Assembly (NCBI GenBank): GCA_012295275.1
Contig: CM022671.1
Span: 29,202,001 to 29,266,000 of the forward strand
Direction of reading: 5' to 3'
DNA: 64,000 nt
From: Chrysomallon squamiferum
Taxonomy: Eukaryota; Animalia; Mollusca
The position numbers and the translations under genes are program-made. This document shows, piece after piece, positions 1 to 12,424 of the stretch (position 1 is the first letter of the stretch; every line of letters begins with the position of its first letter). A model generated the notes under the pieces. The model was not told the origin of the DNA, made no database searches, and worked only from the letters and a program-made list of their open reading frames with translations.

Positions 1-9
1 AACATTGCA

Positions 10-137
10 ATGGAAATTCTCCAGCTTGTGATATTTTTCCTGTTTTGGGAAAAATTATTAGGTAAGTTAATTTGTACTGTTTTCTTATATATTAGCTCAA
101 TTATTAATTTTAAATATTGTTTTTGAAATGTTCAGTA

Positions 138-234
<97 letters not shown>

Positions 235-2113
235 AATACAGTATAAAATATGACGGATCAGGACAAACTAAGGGTCATGATAGGCGTGCTAAAATGTTGT
301 TAACTTAGCCTTTCTTTCAGCTCCATAAACAACAGTCACAAAATAACATAAAAAAATTTAAAATTAAAACTAAAACTAAAACTAAAATAAAACTAAAACT
401 AAAACTAAAACTAAAACTAACACTAACACTAAAATCAAAATCAAAATCAAAATTAAAATTTAAATTTAAATTAAAACAAATTAAAATCAAAATCAAAATC
501 AAAATTAAAATTAAAATTAAACAAACAAACAAACAAACAAACCAATATAAATTTCCCCAGTGATTACTTGTTTTTTCCGAAATTCTTTCAGCCGCTTGCC
601 CGAACGCGAGTTTTATCGAAGATCACGCAAAGAGGAAATGCTATCTACGGCTAATGAACAACGTAACCTGGCAAGAGGCTAAGAATATTTGTGAAAATGA
701 AGGCGCCATGTTGGCTAAGATAGATAACATGAGCGACCATCAGTTTCTAGTTGACCATGTCTTGTGAGTAAATCAGTAAATAATGTCTGTCTGTCGATCT
801 GTCTATGTCTGTATCTATGTCTGTCTATGTCTGTCTGTCTGTCGATCTGTCTACGTCTCTCTGTCTGTCTGTCGATCTGTCTATGTCTCTCTGTTTGTCT
901 GTCTATCTGGCTGTCAATGTCTCTATTTCTGTATGCCACATGTCTAGCTAAAAATTCGTACGGCTCTATAGCTATGTCAGTTGATCTATTTTTGACTGCT
1001 TATCTATGTTGCCATCTATTTATCTCTGTTTATTTCTGTTTATATGCCTAACTGACCATCATTTTCTTTTTCTATCTCCCTACCAACTTATCTCCTATCT
1101 ATCTACCTATCTACCTATCTTCTGTCTGTCTATTTATCTATATATGTGTATGTCTGTATGTTGATCTATCTATCTATCTGTTTGGCTGTCAGTTTGTCTG
1201 TTTATGTATGTGTTTGTCTGTCTGTTAGTCTATCTCTCTCTCTATCTATCTATCTATCTATCTGTCTGTCTATCTACCTATGTACCTACCTACCTATCTC
1301 CCTACCTGTCTCTCTGTATCTTGATTTAGAACACCCGATTCTTACTGGATTGGCCTGAACGATCTCGCGCAAGAAGGGACGTTCGTGTGGACGGACAGTT
1401 CACCTTTCACGTTACCTGACTTGTGGAAATCGGATCAACCGAATGACGGGACGTACAAGAACTGCGTCAGATATGACGCTAATCGTGAACTTCGAGACTC
1501 AGTGTGCAACAGGGGTCGTTACTTTTTGTGTCTGTTTCTTTTACCTGCCGAACCGAACCAAAATCAAGGTAAAATTCGAAAAAAATGTTACGGTTAAATT
1601 AAGTTCATTTGAAATGTGTACTGGTCAAATATTTCTTTGTTTTTGTTACTAATGATGTTGTTGTTGTTGTTTTATCTTGTGTTGTTGTTAGCAGTAATGG
1701 TGGCGTTGTTGGCGTTGTTGATGTATTTATTAGATGTTGTAGTAGTTTTACTATCATTTATGTTGTCTATATGATCAGCAGCAGTCCATCACCAACATCG
1801 TCATCATTATGATTATATGTTGTCCTTTTTACTACACCATTATCATCATAATCGTGATCATCATCATCATCTTCAGTATTACTGGTGTTCTTAGTGTTAG
1901 GCTATTATTATTATTATCATCATCATTATTATTAACATCATCATCATCATTACCATCATCATCTTTATTATTAATATCAACATCACCATCGTCTTTATTA
2001 TTACTGGTGTTCTTATTGTTAGGCTATTATTATTACTATGATCATCATCATCATTACGATCATCATCATTATTATTAACATCATTATTATCATCATCATC
2101 ATAATCATTATCA

Positions 2114-2156
<43 letters not shown>

Positions 2157-2321
2157 AAGTGAACTATTACTGACCTGAGAAATGATGGATCGAACGATCA
2201 GTTCTCTTCCGGGTCCCTATTTTATGTATCACATTCTACATAGTGTTCCACAACCTTACACTGACAGTCCTATTAGTATAATCTCTTCTTGTTTTTAAAT
2301 CCTATAGCAGACATTTTCTGA
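10..2321 (+). CDS. Secreted long-form C-type lectin, cluster gene A (SP-CTLD; PAN exon apparently decayed), ~158 aa
   Basis: Exons: 10-61 (MEILQLVIFFLFWEKLL, donor GTAAGT); 592-763 (ACPNASFIEDHAKRKCYL..WQEAKNICENEGAMLAKI); 1330-1568 (YWIGLNDLAQEGTFVWTD..W..QPND..NCVRY..C..YFLC). Phases 1/2/1 are consistent. The last exon is tentative: acceptor TAG|CAG at 2307/2310 gives ADIF* (TGA 2319-2321), with AATAAA at 2535. Confidence 0.8.
355..540. repeat. Compound hexamer repeat (AAAACT/AAAATC/AAAATT)n + (AAAC)n
   Basis: Directly visible. Confidence 0.9.
785..1320. repeat. Degenerate (TCTG/TCTA)n tetranucleotide tract in gene A intron 2
   Basis: Directly visible; it is the source of several spurious ORFs. 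Confidence 0.85.
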
Positions 2322-2710
2322 TTAACCGTAAATCCTCATCTCGTTGTTTTGAACAGCAAAACGTTCTTGCTGAGACAAATTATTTCAGACTGACGGTTCA
2401 GTGTACGTTTTGTTATAAAGAAAAACTTAACACAGTGATTATTTCTGTTTCGTGATATTTGTTAACTTCTTCAACGATGAACAATACACTGTTGAGAATT
2501 CCTTTTTATTTTAAAACTACTTTTAGTGATGCCAAATAAATTCAAGTGTTGTGTATATATTTTATTTCAGTGTCATAAATTATCTTTTGAAATATAAATA
2601 TTAATTTAACTCTTCATAAGATGGAAATCACGTACGTACATATATAACAAAATTTTATTTTTTTGTAGTCCAGAGATAAAATTCAAAAACTCTGAACATT
2701 AAATGTAGTT

Positions 2711-2856
2711 ATGGATTTTCTACAGCTGATGGTAATTTTCATCGTTTTGAATCAGATTTTAGGTAAGTTATTTTTTGTTACGTTTGATATGTATATGTAT
2801 TATTTCTAAAATAGAATGGAGAGAGTTGACAGACAGTGCGAGAGATACAGAGAGAC

Positions 2857-2947
<91 letters not shown>

Positions 2948-5900
2948 CAACACAAAAGGTATTCAAAGAAGACTTTTAAAGAAGTAAGAAAGAGAGACAG
3001 AGATATTTATAATTCTAAAAGGCGTGGTAGAGACAGTCATTAAAAATAAACCAAAACTGAAAGAAATACTTGTCTCTATATTAAACTTATTAACAGTATC
3101 TATTGAACTTTTCTTTATTTAGGCTCTTGCCCAAACTCCAGTTTTATTGAAGATCTGTCTACAAAAAAATGTTATTTTGTATCTAGAACGAGAACGACGT
3201 GGTACCAAGCTAAACTGACTTGTGAAAAGGAAGGCGCCATATTGGCCAAGCTGGATAACTCCAATGACCATCGCTTTGTGGTCAAAAATGTATTGTAAGT
3301 AAAAGTTTCATGTTAGCATATATGTTGGGTTTTTTTGTGGTTTGTTTGTTTCTTCTTCTTCTTCTTGTTATTATTGGCGAAAGGTACCAACAGCAATTCC
3401 TTTTTTCCTTTTACCGTATTTTCTCATTATGTTTCCCCTGATGACCTAACTCTGGTGGGCGAATCAGATTTTTGAACGTTGTCTGTGGATGCTGCTGTTG
3501 AACGTTTTTGAATTAGAATTTTTAAAACCATTTCTGAAAATCTTCTAATTTTTTGGAAATATACTGTGGAAATTACAGTGAGATCGACACAGATGATCAG
3601 TTAAATCAGGATTGCTGGATCAGATCTGAAGAATTATTTCTCGTTCCAGCCAGTGACTCACGATTTTGAAATTCAGTTTTTGTTTTCCTGTCTCTGAGAA
3701 GGTTTATATTAAACACTGCTTGTTCATAATTCATAACCAGACGTTCCGTGAGACGATCTTTCGTATTTTCTCTCTTAAAAACGTTAAGACAACAACAACA
3801 ACCACAATACCATCAACAACAACACCACCACCAACAACAACAACAACAACAATGTCATCAACAAAAACACCAACAACAATATATCAACCTTTTTTTTTTT
3901 TTTTTTTTTTTTTACTTTAAAGACAGAAATATCTTAATTCAGTGAAAGCCCGTTTCATTCTAAATATTTCATTATTTTTTCTAGAAAATCCGTTTCTGTG
4001 TGGATCGGTTTAAATGATGTCGCTACTGAAGGGAAGTACGTATGGACGGACAAAACTCCTCTCACATTCTCGGGAGTGTGGCAGAGCAGTCAGCCGAATG
4101 GCAAAAGAAAGCAGAACTGCATCAGATATGATCTCCAGTCAAAATTCGCGGACAGGGAATGTTGGATCAAACACTATTTTCTGTGCTTGCTACGCCCAGG
4201 CTGGTCTATTCGGAATCCAGGTGAGGTTCTAAAAGTTTCAAGTCAAAACGAATTGATGACATGTGTAATAGTTTTGCTGACATATTTCTGTTATTGTTGT
4301 TGTGGTGTTGGTGGATATGGTGTTGGGGGTAAAGGTAGTGGTAATGGTAATGTAAAAAGTGTTAGTAGTGTTAGTAGTAATTATAGTAATTGTAGTAGTA
4401 ATAGTAGTAGAAGCAGCTGTTGTTATAATATGATTTGTAGTAGTTGTTGCAAAAGAAGTGGTAGTAGCAGTGGTAGTAGTAGTAGTAGTTATATTTTCAG
4501 AGAGAGAGAGAGAGAGAAAGAGAAAGAGAGGGAGAGAGAGGAAGGGAGGGAGGGAGAAAGACGAGAATGAAACACAGATATCTACATGAAATGTATTTAT
4601 CTGATAAATCATGCAACAAACCATTTTCATCAGTAGACATATTAACATTAAAACTGAAGCCAAACTCAAACAACAAAGTATATTACCAGTAGCAGACTCA
4701 CACACGTAACGTCTTTGATCATTTCTGAATTATATTTTGAACTGTTTATGAAATCATTACAGGACTTTGCCCCAACCAAATGTTTTTAGAAGATGAATAC
4801 AGGAAGAAATGCTATCTGAAGCACAGAACGACAGCCACGTGGCACGAAGCTAAAACAGTCTGTGAAAACGACGGCATGATGTTGGCAAAGTTTGATGACG
4901 ACGACGATCGTGGAAATGTAGTTCGAAAATATTTGTGAGTTAACACGTAACTTTTACTTAAGTCGTTTTTACAAAGAATATTATAAATACCATTTGTAAA
5001 CTAGTATTTTTAAAGACAGGATTTTCTTCTTATTTATTTATTTATTTGTTTGTTTTGTTTGTTTGTTTGTTTGTTTGTTTGTTTGTTTATATATATATAT
5101 ATATATATATATTAATTTTCTCATAATAAAGCATAGCTATTATTTGAATAGCTCTACAGATGGTGCTCATTATTATAATTGTTATTGTTTGTTTATTTAT
5201 TTATTTATTTATTTATTTTTTTATTTTTTTATTTATTTATTTTTCTCACATCCATATTATTTTATTAATGTTGTTTTTTTCATTGTCCGAAATTTTATTT
5301 ACCTGTTGTTTTCTTATTTTTCGCATCTTTGTTTTGTCTCGTTCCAGAACTGACCACAGTTTTTGGGTTGGTTTGAACGATATCGCTAAAGAAGGCGAAT
5401 ACGTATGGGCGGACAACTCTAGTCTGTCTACGACTCTTCTGTGGCATAAGAATCAACCAGTGAGAACTCCTGTGTATAACTGTGTTTATATCAAACTAAA
5501 ATTAATTGTCACACAATGTTTGACTAAACTCAACTTTTTGTGTCTGTTACGTCCAGGCGTAACGAGTGAAAATCAAGGTAAAGACTTCGTACAAAAAAAG
5601 ACGTACACAAATTATTTGTCGTAAGAAATAATAAATAATAATAATAATAAAATTATAATAATAATAATGATAATAATAATAATCATCTTCATCATCATCT
5701 TCATCATCATCGTTGATAATAACATCATCTTCATTATTATAATCATCGCCATTTTCATATTTTACTATCATTATCATTATCATCATTATCACCATCACCA
5801 TAATCATCACCATTATCATTAGCAGTAGCGGCAGTTGTTGCAATAATAATAGCAGTAGCTGTAGTAATAGTATTAGCAGTAGTAGTCGATGGTGTTGGTG

Positions 5901-6702
5901 TTGCTGTTGTATTGGATATTTCTAGAAGCAGTCTACATTTTATTTCATATTTTAATTCCTCTTTCGCGTTCGTCAGTGTCCACAAACAACTGTCAATGAA
6001 AAATATGAAACACATGAATGGACAGACCATGTTACACACTCTATGGCGATTTCTGTCGGCTGACAAGGGTTATTAATAATATAGATCACTGTGTGTAATA
6101 TAATGGAAATCTTACAAACAATACATATATTAGTTATTACATTAATGTAGTATCTTATAAACAATACATATATTACTTATTATATTATACGTTTATTACG
6201 TAATATATTACTTATTACGTCATACGTTTATTACGTAATATATTACTTATTACATCATAGGTTTATTACATAACAGATTACAGTTATTACGTCATAATCT
6301 CCTAGAGTGTTTTTATAAGTATTTTTGCTTTACATCACTGATATAATTACTGAAGTATACAGTACCTGTTATAGACGTATCTAGTAATAATAATATTATG
6401 TTAAAAATAACCAATTGCTTATTATTATTATTTTTTAAATCTTTCCAGCCTCGTCTTTTCCTAAAGACCAAGTTCTGTTTCGGCGGGTAAGTTCTGCAAA
6501 AAATGTGAATCCCTTGAAACGTGTGAGTGCAGTTAGCAAACTGAACTGCATGGCGTTTTGTGCTCGCATAGCGGAGTGTACCTTTGTTGTTGCTAATATG
6601 CAAACCAGTGACCACAACTGTTTTCTTTTGAAAACAGAGAACACAAGCAGAAAACTCCAGAGTTCTCCAATGTTTCTAATTTATAAAAAGATACACCAGT
6701 AA
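2711..6702 (+). CDS. Secreted tandem C-type lectin + PAN/apple domain protein, cluster gene B (SP-CTLD-CTLD-PAN), ~371 aa
   Basis: Exons: 2711-2762 (MDFLQLMVIFIVLNQIL); 3123-3294 (SCPNSSF..KKCYF..WYQAKLTCEKEGAILAKL); 3985-4220 (VWIGLND..QPNG..NCIRY..FADREC); 4763-4934 (LCPNQ..KKCYL..WHEAKTVCENDGMMLAKF); 5348-5577 (FWVGLND..QPV..NCVYI); 6449-6702 (PAN core CMAFCARIAEC..CFLL, TAA). All introns are GT-AG and the frame is continuous. Confidence 0.88.
6115..6298. repeat. ~35-bp AT-rich minisatellite (atattacttattacgtcatacgtttattacgta-like)
   Basis: Several tandem degenerate copies are visible, ending just before the duplication breakpoint at 6323. Confidence 0.75.
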
Positions 6703-7040
6703 TATTAAGTATTATTACAACACCAGTGTACAGTGGCTACTGTAACAACAACGACGACCACGACAGTATTGGTACTCTACTACCAATGCTATTACTTCAC
6801 CAAATGCAGCAACAACGATAACAATAACTGCAGCTGTTACAACTGTTTATACTAAAATTATTACGTCAACAACAGCCGTTGGTTCTATAGCTGCAACGAC
6901 AACGACCACCACCATTGGTACTCACTCTACTACCACTGCTACTACTTCTGCTAGTACAACAACAACCATAACAATAACTACAGCTACTACAACTATTCAT
7001 ACTAAAATTATTACGTCAACAACAACTGTTGGTTCTGCAG
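6323..7040 (+). repeat. Local segmental duplication, copy 1 (intron end + PAN exon + ACN-rich 3' flank)
   Basis: The match begins at ttttgctttacatcact (6323 and 9534). By eye there are about 5 mismatches in the first ~98 nt and about 11 in the 254-nt exon. Confidence 0.9.
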
Positions 7041-7455
7041 CTTTTGCGATAACGACAACGACAACTACAACATTATCGGTATTCTGTTACCAATGCTACA
7101 ACAGTAAGAACAACAACTCCAACTACCACAGCTATTTATACTAAACAGCTGTTGGTTCTGCTGCTGCAACGATAATGAAAACGACTACATCAGTATTATA
7201 GATACTCTATTACTAGCGTTACGACTTCTACTAGAACAGCAACTACTGGAACAACTACAGTTAAACACCCGATGGTTTAACTGCTTAAACTTAGTCTTAT
7301 TGTTATATTGGTATCACATCCACTTCAACGGCTACAACACATCTACCACCATCAGTAGCTCTACTACTCCTACTACTACTACTACTACTACTACTACTGT
7401 TAATACCACAGCTATATATTACTACTACTTATTGCAACTACAACTACAACAACTT
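6720..7455. repeat. Degenerate ACA/ACT-rich minisatellite downstream of gene B stop
   Basis: Recurrent units such as actaaaattattacgtcaacaaca..gttggttct and ctactaccactgctactacttc. Confidence 0.75.
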
Positions 7456-8107
7456 AAATAAGATTCTAACAAAATTTACAAAACGGTAAAACAAACAATG
7501 TAGAAATATTAGGTAAAATAAAGTGGCTGAGTTCTCATCTATTGAATCTTCAGAACCTTTTACAACTGTTACTCTAATACTTGTTAATCAATGTTATACG
7601 GATGTACCATTTAATTACTTGTATTCAGTGTGACTATCAGAGCAGAACACACGATGTTGGTTTAATAACTGTTCCTTATCATTTTTCATAGGATTTTTAC
7701 TGAGACAAAGAGAACAATAAAATCTACAGAATTATTTATAAATATTTTGCTAATTTTATTGTCGTAGTCTATGGGTTGTTTTGTTGTTACTTGAAATAAA
7801 ACACGTTCATACTGAACTTGTATTCATTCTTGTTGTCTTTTTGCTTTGTTTTTTTTTTTTTTTTTTTCTGTTTTTCTCCTCTCTTTAATCGTTTGTTTCT
7901 TCTGTTTGTTTACGGTTTAAATTAGAACAGTTTTTAGTATGTAAATCATTTTAGACCAATTTGAAACATACAGTAAAGTATATAATTATAATAACATTGT
8001 CTTTATCGACACCTCAGCGACAGACACGCCCACTGGCTTTGTGAGAGAGTGTGACTGTCTTAGACGTCCTTCACAACAGCTTGCTCTGCTTAGACAGACA
8101 GATAGAT

Positions 8108-8256
<149 letters not shown>

Positions 8257-9329
8257 ACGACGGAGAAAGACAGACATTCAATGTATCGATACATTTCCTT
8301 TGTGAAAAATTACTGAAGTGAAAAAAAATAACATGGATATCTTACAAATATCTTATTAAAAGTAAATAATAAAACAACAGCAGTAAAACAACAGTAATAA
8401 ATAAATAAATAAAAATTAATAATGAAAAGCAGTATTAAATATGACTTGAATACAAATATTCATTTCAATATAACGCTAAGATTTACGAAATTCAATATCA
8501 GCAACGGTAACAATAAATGTTGAACTCAAAGAACAGTTTCTCTATCCTCTGACATAAGATTAATACTTGTACTTTGATAGCCAGTTTCTTTCTGACTCTA
8601 GAAATCCTTATTCTGTATTAATAAATGCAATCGACCAGTAATAAATATATGTGATATATATCGATTATATCGATTAATTGAGGTTGTTTTATTGACGGTT
8701 AACACATTTAAAAATGACTCCTTTCTCAACTGTACTCAGTTACACTTCAGAAACATCTCTTGTATTTTATATATGGTTTAAGAACATTGCCAAAATAACA
8801 AATCTGTTTTAAGTAAAGAAATCGGTGTATGCTTTGAAAATATCGTTATTTGAACAATGAAGATGGTCTATCGTGTCTTTGTTGAGTTATTTTTTTAGAA
8901 GACAAACTATTCAGAATCCAACTGTTTTCTGTAAACTACAGAAATGATCAAATCAAATATGATACTTGTATGTTAACAGTATGCATGTGCAATAAAGATT
9001 TTATCACTTTGGTGTATTATGACTGGGTTTTTGTTCTGACTAATCAGTAGCTAGCTGTTCGATATTTTGCGTTAAACGTTAACAAATAGTTTTCAGTCAA
9101 AATTATAATTCGCTCTTTTTATACATTATAGATTTTTATTTTATTTTTGTTTGTTTATTATTAGCCAGATTTTTTAAGTTATAATTTTTAATTTTTAATT
9201 TTTTTTTTTTTTTTTTTTTTAATTGTGAAATGCCCTTTATAAGATTATTATTTCATACAGTTCTAATTTATCTGGTTCGAAGATTTCAAGACAGACTCAC
9301 CCAGTGGTGTTATGATGCAAAAATCTGTC

Positions 9330-9409
9330 ATGAAAACTAAGACGTTTGTTTTGATTTTATTTGTCGTTAAAGCTGTGACTGGTGAGTTTGTTTCAAAATT
9401 CTAGTTTTA

Positions 9410-9447
<38 letters not shown>

Positions 9448-9915
9448 TATTATTTTTATATAAATAATAATTGTTATGATTATGACTAATTCGTTTTAAT
9501 ATTTTGAATATCCTCGTATGTTCTGACATTGTCTTTTGCTTTACATCACTAATGTGATTACTGAAGTATACAATACCTATTATAGACGTATCTAGTAATA
9601 ATAATATTATGTTAAAAATAACCAATTGCTTATTATTTTTTATTTTTAGCAATCTTTCCAGCCTCGTCTTTTCCTAGAGACCAAGTTCTGTTTCGGCGGG
9701 TAAGTTCTGCGAAAAATGTGAATCCCTTGAAACGTGTGAGTGCAGTTAGCAAACTGAACTGCATGGCGTTTTGTGCTCGCATAGCGGAGTGTACCTTTGT
9801 TGTTGCTAAAATGCAAGCCAGTGACCACAACTGTTTTCTTTTGAAAACAGAGAACACAAGCAGAGAACTCCAGAGTTCTCCAATGTTTTTCCTCTATCAA
9901 AAAATACACCAGTAA
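9330..9915 (+). CDS. Small secreted PAN/apple-only protein, cluster gene C (SP-PAN), ~101 aa
   Basis: A 52-nt phase-1 exon 9330-9381 (MKTKTFVLILFVVKAVT, donor GTGAGT; in-frame upstream ATG at 9312) joins PAN exon 9662-9915 (acceptor ctttccAG). That exon is a near-identical copy of 6449-6702. The 280-nt intron contains no CTLD exon. Confidence 0.72.
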
Positions 9916-10457
9916 TACTAACTATTATCACAAAAGCAGTGTACAGTGGCTAGTGTAACGACAGTACAGCAACAACAAGAACCTCAACTGCAACTATTAC
10001 AACTATTTATACTACGTCAACAACGATGCTGGTTCTGCAGTGTCTACGACAACGACAATCACTACTACAACATTGCTGTGCTACTACTTCTATGCTATTA
10101 CAGGAACAACGATAACGATAATTGCAGCTACAACATGCATTATTACGTCAACAACAGATGCAACGACAACGCCAACCACTACTACAACACTGGTGTCCTC
10201 TGTTACCACTGCTACTATTTATAGTAGTACAATAACAACAACAACAACAACAACTGTAACTACTACAACTATTCATACTGAAATTGTTATGTCAACGACT
10301 GTTGGTTTTGCAACTGCAAAATACAACACCAGCCGCTACAACAACACTATTGGCACTCTACTACCACTGTTGCTACTTCTACTAGTACAACAACAACTAC
10401 AGCTACTACAATTACTCATACTAAAATTATTAAGTCAACAACAACTGCTAGTTCTGT
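9534..10457 (+). repeat. Local segmental duplication, copy 2
   Basis: Matches 6323-7040. The repetitive 3' flank is rearranged and ends at aaaattatta.gtcaacaacaactg.t.gttctg. Confidence 0.9.
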
Positions 10458-11038
10458 AAAAAATCAATTTTAAAAAGTGGTAAAAAAAAAAAAAAAAAAA
10501 TCCAGTAAATCATAAACCTTTTACATGACTTAGATGTCTTGGAAAACTCTTTGCCGACCACTTTAAATAACAGACTAAAATTTTGTCTTGAAACAAATGA
10601 TCTGAAGTTCAAGCAGTTTAGGAAGGATTAGTGTAAATATAACGTTTTGTCATTATATTGATTTAATTTAAGTCATAAAAGCATAGAAGAATAACGTGGT
10701 TTTTTTTTTACATTTATAGATTTCACCGAAGCTTTAGGTTCAGTTTGGAGAAATGTTTCCAGGTAATTTACGATATGTATCAGAATATTAAGCCATGCAC
10801 CATTAACAGATTATTCCCCCAGTTGTGTTGGTTTTAGATAAGTATAAACTTTATCTTCGTTGCTGTTTTCCCTGTGTCTTAATGATAAAGAAGATATATT
10901 TAAAATCAATGGCTGTCAGAACGTAAACATGGAATAGTTCATTGATTCATTAATAAACAAATGTTTGTTTGCTTTGTTGTTTTTTTTCTCATTTTAATTT
11001 TTTATTTATTTACTGCAGAAAATGGAAACAACTATACT

Positions 11039-11072
<34 letters not shown>

Positions 11073-11106
11073 AAATTCATAATTTTTTAATGCAACCATA
11101 AAGATT

Positions 11107-11470
11107 ATGAAAAAAATGTTTTACCTTGTTTCTTATATTTACTAAGCTCATAAGTCCAGGTATTTCATTCTGTGACAAGGAATGTCACACTATTTCTATC
11201 TACTGCCAAGAGAAACTACATACTGCATGGTTTAATCACTTCATCTAGATGGAACAAAATTTGGCCGTTTTAAAATTATGTAACTAGATTATGAAATTGT
11301 TATTACTTGAATGAACTGCTGTATGTTTTACAAAATGTCAAATTTGGCTGCAGATTGACTTTGCATTTTTGGGGAATATTTTCTGCTCAAACCAATTTCT
11401 GTGAAGATTTATCTAAAGTCAAGATAGGCAATTCTGTCCATTTGTAAGAGTAGCGAATGGCATAGTTTGT
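11107..11470 (+). pseudogene. Possible relic of another cluster member (frameshifted SP exon + degenerate CTLD exon)
   Basis: 11107-11159 is a 53-nt ATG..G|GTATTT segment. Removing one A from its A-run gives a 52-nt SP-like exon, MKKCFTLFLIFTKLISP. 11295-11447 reads NCYYL..W..AQTNFCED..KIGNSVH, with phase-2-like donors at 11444 and 11469. Motif spacing is imperfect. Confidence 0.25.
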
Positions 11471-12323
11471 GAGTATATGTGTGTGTATATTCGTGTGAGT
11501 GCTCGCGTGTGTGTGTGTGCGTGCGCCTTCATTGAGTCTAAATGAAGATATATAAATATAAATATAAATATAAACAAATGTCTGTAACTATGGTAACAAA
11601 TGAATTAGTTTACTGTGCTGAACCCCTACTAACAGATTATATTATCGACTACATTAACAATTGTATAACGCTAAGGCGTTTCAAACAAAGGCTGCATTTA
11701 TGAAGATGTTAACGTAAGCCAAAATCGAAATCCATTTTATTAAAAGCCGGATAATCATGAGATGGTTGATAGAACTGCGTCCTGTCCACAAAAGTTAGTT
11801 TTTATGCCAGATAAAAGTAAACAAAATGCAAGAAAACTTTTATCTATTATTATTAGTGGAATTGTTATTGTTGCTGTTATTGTTGTTGTTGTTGTTATTT
11901 GCGTTGTTGTTGTTGTTGTTGTTTTCTAAAGACAGACTGAAAACTGAATATCCCGAGCCATTTTGTCGGAGGTGGAAGGAAATGGTAACTAATTAACTAA
12001 CTAACTAACTAACTAAATGAATAAATAAATAACATCAAACAAAATAAATAACATCAAACAAACAACAAAAACAACAACAACCACATTAATAATTATAAAA
12101 ATAAGAATAAGAATAAGAATAAGAACATAATTCTGTCTGCCATATACGAAAAGCAGTTAACGATAAATAACATCACTGATTCCAAGTCATGGATTTGTTC
12201 TTTGATATTTCGCGTGAATGCTGCAATTGTATAAAAAGTCATCTAGTATATTGTGTCTGGCAGTAATTTTGTTTATCGATAAATGCTTAATTTGATTTAT
12301 TGATTTATTTTTTATTTGTTTTA

Positions 12324-12367
<44 letters not shown>

Positions 12368-12393
12368 CGTTTTGTCCTGTAATGATGATGATG

Positions 12394-12424
<31 letters not shown>

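Noticed and set aside
317-2078. Hydrophobic or repetitive ORFs (ILIL.., CLSICLS.., IIII..)
   Set aside because: These are translations of hexa-, tetra- and trinucleotide repeats inside gene A introns.
2768-3043. ER/SL dipeptide ORFs (also at 7986-8305, 54443-54908)
   Set aside because: They are (GA)n microsatellites.
4221-4570. Cys/Ser/Gly-rich tail of the 190-aa ORF 3998-4570
   Set aside because: It is read-through past a good GTGAGG donor into low-complexity intron, and the next in-phase CTLD exon starts at 4763.
6313-6644. Minus-strand ORFs mirrored at 9407-9909
   Set aside because: They are antisense shadows of the duplicated PAN exon.
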